DNA from: a virus
Taxonomy: Duplodnaviria > Heunggongvirae > Uroviricota > Caudoviricetes
Length of the DNA: 12,765 nucleotides
Reading direction: 5' to 3' (one strand)
IMG/VR virus record: IMGVR_UViG_2529292922_000012
Location: 1-12,765 of that record
Notes under the pieces: generated by a model
Database searches by the model: none
The model's input: only the letters and a program-made list of their open reading frames with translations
What the model was told of the DNA's origin: nothing
Made by a program: the position numbers and the translations under genes
In this document: piece after piece, positions 6,257 to 12,765 of the stretch
Layout of the letters: each line of letters begins with the position of its first letter
Position numbering within the stretch: position 1 is the stretch's first letter

Positions 6257-9244
6257 ATGAGCTTAAGCGATCAGGTGGTAATGGCCACCAGCATAGAAAC
6301 GCTGATCGAGCTGCTAAAGAACCTGCCCGATTATGGGCGGGTTTCGTATGTGGTGACAGCGAAGGGAGACGAGGTAAAAACAGCGTTTGATATCGTCGAT
6401 GCCTCAGCTCTTTTGGTATCCAATACTCTGGATGGGAAAATTAATCCTGACTATCCCCAGGAACTTCAGCCGCGCGACCGGACCCGCGCATCCAGCCTTC
6501 TTCAGGTTAACCAGATATCCAAAGATTTGCGGCCTGCTCAGCTTACTGATTCCGGTTTATCCAGCCATGGTGCGCCGATAATTGGTGAGGACAATGCCGT
6601 TGAGTCTGGTAATGGACGGACCATGGGGATCATCAAAGCCTATCAGGACGGCAATGCGGATCGGTATCGTGAGTACCTGATTGATCATGCGACCGAATTC
6701 GGCATACGACCTGAAAAGGTTGAATCAATGACGGCTCCGGTACTGGTGCGCCGCCGGTTAACCAAGGTTGACCGCGTTCAGTTTGCCAAGGACTCAAATA
6801 TTTCTGATCTTCAGGAAATGGCAGCCAGTGAAAAGGCTTTTGTTGATGCCGACAGCATAACACCGGCGATGATGGCGCTTTTTAACCCGTCAGAAAGCGG
6901 AGATCTGCTTAGCCGCAGTAATGACGCGTTTATTCGCGGATTTATGACGCAAGTTGGTGCCACACAGGCGGCTGGCCTTGTAACGGAAGATGGGCGACCA
7001 ACGCGGCAACTTGTTGACCGTATACAAAACGCGATCTTTGCCAAGGCATATAAGGATGCGCGCCTGGTAAGGATGGTTGCAGAAGAACCTGATCCGGATA
7101 TGCGTAATGTTCTGACGGCGCTTAATGCGGCAGCCAATGATTTTGTCCAGATGCAGGCTTTATCAGGAGAAGCGCACAAGCAGGCTGTGACAACTATTGT
7201 TGATGGCATTGAGACAGCGGATAGCCTCGATAAAAAGGCGCTGGCGGCATTGAAAGATGCGGTAGACCTGGTAAGGCAATCGAAGGAGTCAGGCCAGCAT
7301 ATTACCGATGTTATTGCTCAGGGGGATATGTTCAGCGAAACGGCCCCGGAAGTGAAAGCACTCGCGTTGTTCATCGTCGCGAATAACCGTAGCGCGAAGC
7401 GTATGGCCACCGCCTTTAAGTTGATGGCTCAACGTATCAATGATGAGTTACAGCACCAGGGCCAGGCGCTGGGGGATATGTTTGGCGGTGGTGATGTGTC
7501 GTTACAGGATATCCTTCGCCAGGTGTCTCAGGAACTGGAAAACGAAGGCATGCAAGGGATATCCGGCGGTCTTTTCGAGTCCGTTTCCGGCGGTAGTTAC
7601 AATGGTGTTGCTCCATATACCAGTTTGCTATTACATCGGGCATCCGGCATCAAAGACATTATTCATCTGATCAGGCTGCTTTCCCGTACAGATCCCCAGG
7701 ATGAACAGCTTGTACAAGTGCTTGCGCATTTTGTTCGAATGCCTGTTGCCGACGTGAAAAAATGGTGCCGATTATTCGGTATCAGCAATTCGTTACTTCG
7801 CGGCTTGTTAAATCACGCATCCTCCCTTGGGCGCGATGGCTTTGACGAGATAGCGCAGGCGATAAAAAACGGAGATATGCCACCAGCTATTGACTGGTTT
7901 TCCATTCGCCCAACCAGGGTGAAAGCATTCCTTAGCGCGGCGCATTCGGCATCACCATTGGCAGAAATGGTTCAGAGGTTGTCGCTCATATTCACAGACC
8001 ATACCGCGTTGGGTGATCTGACTCTGGACGAGATGAAAGAAGCCTCCATTCAGTGGGCCGATCAACAAAATGAGGTTAACTCTGACTTCTTGCCAGCATT
8101 CAGGAAGGCCGTTAGTAAAGCGGATGATGCCCGTGGAATTCTGAGGGCATTTAAGGCATTGCAAAGTCAGGTTAATAAACATGTCGGTGATATCGATGGG
8201 GTAACGGCGGAAGGCAGGGATATCCTTAAAGAGCACGGCATAACGCCAGAGTTTATTGATGAGATCAGGACTGATATGCAGCGTGAGGTCGTATCGTCCC
8301 TGCAAATCGTAGCCAGAGCGTTGGCGGATGCTAATCCGAAGAGTGCGGCCATTGTTAACCGTGTTATTGGTGATATTGAAGCATCGGAGGGCATGGGGGC
8401 GCTGAAACTCTTCCTTTCGCGAGCGTTTAATCCTAACGGCAATATTCTCCCCGGCATTATTGGTGAGGCTAAAAAGTATGTCAGCGAAGAAGAACTTGAG
8501 CAGCTTGACCAACTACTTAAGCGATTCTCATATAACCCGCAGACACGCTGGCAAATGAATCAGCGAAGTATGGGTTCGGTCCACGAGAAAGTGTTATCTG
8601 CCATGAACAGTGCGATCGCAAACTCATCCGTATCTGAAGAAAAAGCTCTTGAGTGGGCCGACTCTTTTATCACGGAAGAAGTGGAAGAAGCCCGCGCTGG
8701 ACAGAATGGTGGGATAGACCTGCGCAAGGAACTTGCTGATATTTATCGCCTGACCGGCGGGAAAATATCGACATTATCAAAGGTAGTTCACCACCAGGGA
8801 AGGGCATATGCAAATCTTAATGGTGTTGTTGCTGTCAATTTGAACGATGAAAATGCAAGTGCACTGTGGCACGAGCTGGGTCATCATCTTGAGTACAGTA
8901 ACCCTGGTTTGTTAGAGAAAGCCCGGTCATTCCTGAAGGCCAATGTTGAAGGGGATAAGCCATCTTTCGTCAATATCGGTGGGCGTGGCAAGCCTGAATG
9001 GTGCTTCAGATCTCGATTGAGTAATATTTATATGGCGAAGGTATACCCGCCAGCCTCAGTAAGTAACACCGGGAAAATTCGGCAGAAATCACCGACTATT
9101 TCCAAAACGTCAGCAACGGAAGTATTCTCTATGGCTCTTCAGTTGTATCATGACAAAGAGGCCGCTGCCGCATCACTGATGAATGGTGACGGATTGCTGG
9201 AACTGTTATTAGGTGTGGCAAAGGAGCTAAATAATGCAGATTAA
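6257..9244 (+). CDS. ddrB: DdrB-like large protein: ParB/Srx-like N-terminal signature plus C-terminal HExxH (zincin-like) motif
   Basis: 995 aa. ELQPRDR...GAPIIGEDNAVESGNGRTMGI resembles ParB boxes (QPR / GxxR). HELGHH at aa 872-877 (nt 8870-8887). Long helical middle. Confidence 0.6.
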   Translation: MSLSDQVVMATSIETLIELLKNLPDYGRVSYVVTAKGDEVKTAFDIVDASALLVSNTLDGKINPDYPQELQPRDRTRASSLLQVNQISKDLRPAQLTDSGLSSHGAPIIGEDNAVESGNGRTMGIIKAYQDGNADRYREYLIDHATEFGIRPEKVESMTAPVLVRRRLTKVDRVQFAKDSNISDLQEMAASEKAFVDADSITPAMMALFNPSESGDLLSRSNDAFIRGFMTQVGATQAAGLVTEDGRPTRQLVDRIQNAIFAKAYKDARLVRMVAEEPDPDMRNVLTALNAAANDFVQMQALSGEAHKQAVTTIVDGIETADSLDKKALAALKDAVDLVRQSKESGQHITDVIAQGDMFSETAPEVKALALFIVANNRSAKRMATAFKLMAQRINDELQHQGQALGDMFGGGDVSLQDILRQVSQELENEGMQGISGGLFESVSGGSYNGVAPYTSLLLHRASGIKDIIHLIRLLSRTDPQDEQLVQVLAHFVRMPVADVKKWCRLFGISNSLLRGLLNHASSLGRDGFDEIAQAIKNGDMPPAIDWFSIRPTRVKAFLSAAHSASPLAEMVQRLSLIFTDHTALGDLTLDEMKEASIQWADQQNEVNSDFLPAFRKAVSKADDARGILRAFKALQSQVNKHVGDIDGVTAEGRDILKEHGITPEFIDEIRTDMQREVVSSLQIVARALADANPKSAAIVNRVIGDIEASEGMGALKLFLSRAFNPNGNILPGIIGEAKKYVSEEELEQLDQLLKRFSYNPQTRWQMNQRSMGSVHEKVLSAMNSAIANSSVSEEKALEWADSFITEEVEEARAGQNGGIDLRKELADIYRLTGGKISTLSKVVHHQGRAYANLNGVVAVNLNDENASALWHELGHHLEYSNPGLLEKARSFLKANVEGDKPSFVNIGGRGKPEWCFRSRLSNIYMAKVYPPASVSNTGKIRQKSPTISKTSATEVFSMALQLYHDKEAAAASLMNGDGLLELLLGVAKELNNAD

Positions 9245-9545
9245 AATCGCAGCGCCATTAGGCGGAGATGCCATTATCGAATTTGATGATAATGAAGAAG
9301 TTTCCGGGCGTTTAAGCATTATCTCCGGTGACATTACCGAGGACATGATCGCTGAAGCCATAGCTGGGGCAAATCCCAATAGCTATATGGGATTCGTTAA
9401 CACCCTTGATGCTCCCGCAAGTGATGTTCTCCGAACGCTGCATCTTTACGCTGGCTGGTTTGTTGATTGGCCAGCAGTAGATGGTGGCGATGAGGACGAC
9501 GACGACGATGATTTTGGTGATCATGTAGACCAGATCGTATATTGA
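9234..9545 (+). CDS. Small protein with highly acidic C-terminus, translationally coupled to ddrB
   Basis: ATG overlaps the ddrB 3' end. SD AAGGAG 7 nt upstream. 103 aa ending DGGDEDDDDDDFGDHVDQIVY. Last gene before the terminator. Confidence 0.55.
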   Translation: MQIKIAAPLGGDAIIEFDDNEEVSGRLSIISGDITEDMIAEAIAGANPNSYMGFVNTLDAPASDVLRTLHLYAGWFVDWPAVDGGDEDDDDDDFGDHVDQIVY

Positions 9546-9574
9546 AGAAATCCCGCCAATTGGCGGGATTTTTA
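9546..9574. terminator. Bidirectional rho-independent terminator between convergent genes
   Basis: AAATCCCGCC-aatt-GGCGGGATTT 10-bp GC-rich stem followed by a T-run on the + strand and ATTTCTTC on the - strand. Lies exactly between the stops at 9545 and 9577. Confidence 0.7.
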
Positions 9575-9576
9575 CC

Positions 9577-10663
9577 TCACGAGAAACTCTTTTCTGATGT
9601 CAGCCAACAGTGCTCGTGCATATCTCTTGGTGGTTTTTCGACAAATGCCTCTTCAGCCACATCCTGCCAGGGGATTTGTTTAGCCCATTCAGTTATAGCG
9701 TTATGGTTTGCCGAGAATAACGGTATTGTATAGGCCTTCAGCCAGTCTAATGTGCTGGAGTTGTGTTTTTGAGCGTGATGTTTCGCATGGTGTTTGGCGA
9801 TCACGATCGTAGGCACTACCCATTTACTACCGTCAGTCATTGTGAAGTGCATATTACGGGGAACAGATGACTTTTCCATCAACTCCCGAATCCCGGGGAA
9901 TTTCCCCAAGATCAATCGGCGATATTCATCGCTATTGCGTCCACCAAACTCTTTGGCTTTGAATTCAAGATATGCTTCAGAAACGAGAGGTGAATCCTCT
10001 GTGTTTAGAGTTATCGCCGTGAAAAAACCAGCAGGATTGTTTTTACTATGGGCCAACCGGTGATGCGAATCATAAAAGTACCCTTTCTCGCGTTCCGATG
10101 GTTTCGACAGCAACAGCAGGCGCGAGTCATAATTGGTTAAATTGCCAGTTATCACTGCATGAGCGCGATCGCTGATTTCCGCCGAGTTAATAACGATGAA
10201 AAGATCGTGCGGTCCAGTAAAACCAGCCAGAGACTCTTCGTTATTCAGACAATAGGTTATATAGACGCATCCCCATGTTTCACTGATATGCACCAACCCT
10301 TTGTCAGGGTGTATTCTGAAATAATTGCCAAGAAAAGGGTGTTTTTGGGTAACTCGCTCCCAATAACGGAACATATAGTCAATTATTGTTTTTCGACTAT
10401 CGTTAATCGCAGGAGAAACAACCACTGTACGGGAACACGAATACAGTATTGTTTGCAGGATGCTAATCACTGCCACAATAGAGGTTTCCCCAATACCATG
10501 TGGTGTGGTGGCAGTGACTTTGGCTCCGGTGTTCTTTATCGCGTTAATAATTTTTGCTTGATGAGGTGTTAACTCAATATCAAGCAACTCTTTTGCTGCC
10601 AGTTCCCAATTGTCTTTATACCGTTCTATCAGTGCTAACCAGGCAGATTCATTCTGTATACGA

Positions 10664-10671
<8 letters not shown>
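9577..10671 (-). CDS. Terminase-large-subunit-like P-loop ATPase-domain protein with degenerate Walker A/B; no nuclease domain apparent
   Basis: Track ORF, 364 aa, GTG start with SD GAGGTGG. Motif order PHQ...TTPHGIGETS...DLFIVINSAE...LLLLSKPSE resembles the adenine-Q / Walker A / Walker B / C-motif layout of terminase ATPases as I recall it. His-rich patch AKHHAKHHAQKH. Confidence 0.5.
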
Positions 10672-12764
<2,093 letters not shown>

Positions 12765-12765
12765 G

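Noticed and set aside
7952-8512. Minus-strand 186-aa ORF inside the 995-aa gene
   Set aside because: Antisense to a continuous 995-codon frame; long antisense ORFs are expected by chance in genes of this length and composition.
10159-10572. Plus-strand 137-aa ORF (and 9794..10063) opposite the terminase-like gene
   Set aside because: Antisense shadows; the minus-strand frame is longer, has an SD-preceded start and carries the motif pattern.

Overview
The window reads as part of a P1-like temperate phage or plasmid-prophage from an enterobacterium. (1) Positions 1-1203 hold three tail-fibre 3' cassettes on the minus strand, separated by ~260-bp direct repeats that each carry a Hin/Gin/Cin-type 26-bp crossover-like site; the array abuts a serine DNA invertase gene (1257-1829, +), so this is a multi-cassette (Min/Cin-like) host-range inversion region. 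(2) Positions 2603-9545 (+) are a tightly coupled seven-gene operon that matches what I recall of the P1 lysis/anti-restriction operon (lydA-lydB-hdf-darA-ddrA-ddrB plus a small acidic ORF), ending in a bidirectional hairpin terminator. The gene names rest on remembered order and sizes, not on a search. (3) A convergent minus-strand gene (9577-10671) encodes a protein whose motif pattern resembles a terminase-large-subunit ATPase domain with degenerate Walker motifs. Its translationally coupled upstream gene appears cut by (4) a complete 1954-bp IS21-family element (IS100-like istA/istB, 10811-12764) that ends 1 bp before the window edge. Most of this is known biology; the least-explained items are the 995-aa ParB-like/HExxH protein, the terminase-like ATPase and the cassette array. 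Coordinates I counted by hand may be off by 1.
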